From Candidatus Latescibacterota bacterium (GTDB taxonomy: Bacteria > Latescibacterota > UBA2968 > GCA-2709665): DNA of 64,000 nt. Position 1 is the stretch's first letter. The number at the start of each line of letters is the position of its first letter. The DNA lies in NCBI GenBank assembly GCA_965219455.1, contig OZ244744.1, positions 3,808,001-3,872,000 on the forward strand. The letters run 5' to 3'. Shown here piece after piece: positions 62,879 to 64,000 of this stretch. The notes under the pieces were generated by a model. It was given only the letters and a program-made list of their open reading frames with translations, did not search any database and was not told the origin of the DNA. The position numbers and the translations under genes were made by a program.

Positions 62879-62899
62879 GGTGAGAATCTTCCATCAGAA
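62876..62899 (+). CRISPR. 5' 24 nt of a family C repeat, cut by IS21
   Basis: cctggtgagaatcttccatcagaa, 22/24 identical to 59085-59108. Confidence 0.75.
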
Positions 62900-63703
62900 T
62901 GTCAATGATCGCCCATATGCGGCCAATGCGGGATCGGCCTAATCAGGCCACCTGGGATGCGATTGAGGTTTCGGACTTTCCGTCAACGATTCTACCTTCT
63001 GAGTGTCTCCCCGACATTCAGGAGGGAAGAACATGGCAAACCGGAGGTTCGAGATGTATGAGTATCGCCAGGTATTGGCGCGTATGCGGTTGGGCGAGTC
63101 GGATCGTGCGATCGCCCGTTCAGGGTTGATAGGACGCCAGAAGGGCAGCGCTTGTCTGTGCGCCTGCGCGCAACGCGCGGGCAGGCGCACAGGCAGGCGC
63201 TTCGTGAGGTGGCCGGCCGTGAGGGATGGCTGGAGGCTTCCAGCGTGATGCCCGATGATGCGGCGCTCGCGCAGGTTCTACAGCACCCTTCCTCGCGTCC
63301 TCAGTCGGCGGCGTCGGTTTTGCTCTACCAGGACAAGGTCACGGCCTGGTGGCGTCAGTGTATCCGAGGTACGGTCATCCACCAGGCGTTGGTGGACACC
63401 TGCGGCTATGCCAGCTCGTATTCTTCCATCCGGCGTTTTCTCCAGGGGCTCAAAGGCGCTCATCCCGATGTCACCACCGAGTTGGACTTCGATCCCGGCG
63501 ACGTGGCGCAGGTGGACTTTGGGCGTGGTCCAACCATAAAGGACGTCTTAACACACCAGTCCATCGCGACGTGGATCTTCGTGATGGTGCTGGCCTGGTC
63601 TCGCCACCAGTATGCCGAGATCGTACCGGATCAAAAGGTCGAGACGTGGCTTTGCTGCCATCGAAGCGCCTTCGAGTTCTTCGGCGAGCGCCGGCATTCT
63701 TGA
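62900..63703 (+). mobile_element. istA: IS21-family element (left end and disrupted istA)
   Basis: TGTCAATG left end; MANRRFEMYEYRQVL at 63033; PGDVAQVDFG, FVMVLAWSRHQY; frameshift and early stop. Confidence 0.85.
63151..63197. repeat. 47-bp nested palindromic insertion that frameshifts istA
   Basis: cttgtctgtgcgcctgc..gcaggcgcacaggcagg; removing it restores KGSALREVA. Confidence 0.75.
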
Positions 63704-64000
63704 TTGGCAAACGACCGGTGCTGTTCGCACCTGAATCCGGGGACACTTTACGCCGAGTCAATTCGACGCGGCGACTCGTAGTAATCTGGGTTCCCGGCCT
63801 GGCCAACGCGCTGCTTCCGACCGACACCAACTGCACAAAGAGCGAGACAATACCCGACACGCGTACGCCGGAAACCGGCACCTGAGGCTCCGAAAGATAG
63901 CCTTGTCTATTCCAGAGAGCCTCGACCGAAGTGGAGGAATTCAATGATAGCAGCCGACCAGGAGACTGGTCCGACGCCAGTTGAACGAAGCGTGTCTATC

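Noticed and set aside
62900-63703. CRISPR-associated transposon (CAST)
   Set aside because: The transposase is a broken IS21 IstA; there is no TnsC/TniQ, and Cas3 is intact.
63704-64000. ORFs after the istA truncation
   Set aside because: No recognisable motif in any frame, and the region is at the window edge.

Overview
Bacterial DNA of moderately high GC. The PorV/T9SS-type genes and the WD40/LRR-rich secreted proteins suggest an FCB-superphylum organism such as a host-associated Latescibacterota; this is inference only. (1) 1-19 kb: a co-oriented array of large modular secreted proteins built from metzincin, M8-like, clan-CD and M48 peptidase domains plus WD40, LRR, Fn3 and Big_1 modules. 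Five of these, plus one more at 25-26.7 kb, end in a conserved paired EF-hand/dockerin-like tail. (2) 19.6-45 kb: core genes, including an OMP, an NRAMP transporter, TPR-eno, a porV / M6-FG-GAP-CTD / Omp85 cluster, trm112, DUF255, rfbD, GT2, ctpA, an ABC pair, an MBL hydrolase and ybjQ. (3) 45-64 kb: a defence island with a WYL regulator, a type II TA pair, a duplicated aspartic protease and a reorganised type I-C CRISPR-Cas operon (cas3 stub, cas5, cas8 with internal cas11, cas7, cas3, cas4, cas1, cas2). The CRISPR array is the most unusual part. Thirteen 37-bp repeats run, at spacer-like spacing, into a 32-bp repeat of a second family and two 37-bp repeats of a third family. A 3754-bp GC-rich gene cargo follows (HTTM protein, asparagine-synthetase-like enzyme, truncated small ORF). 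It is closed by another third-family repeat that an IS21 element interrupts, so the genes sit where a spacer should be. Small CCTGCCTG...CAGGCAGG palindromes have also inserted into two different transposase genes.
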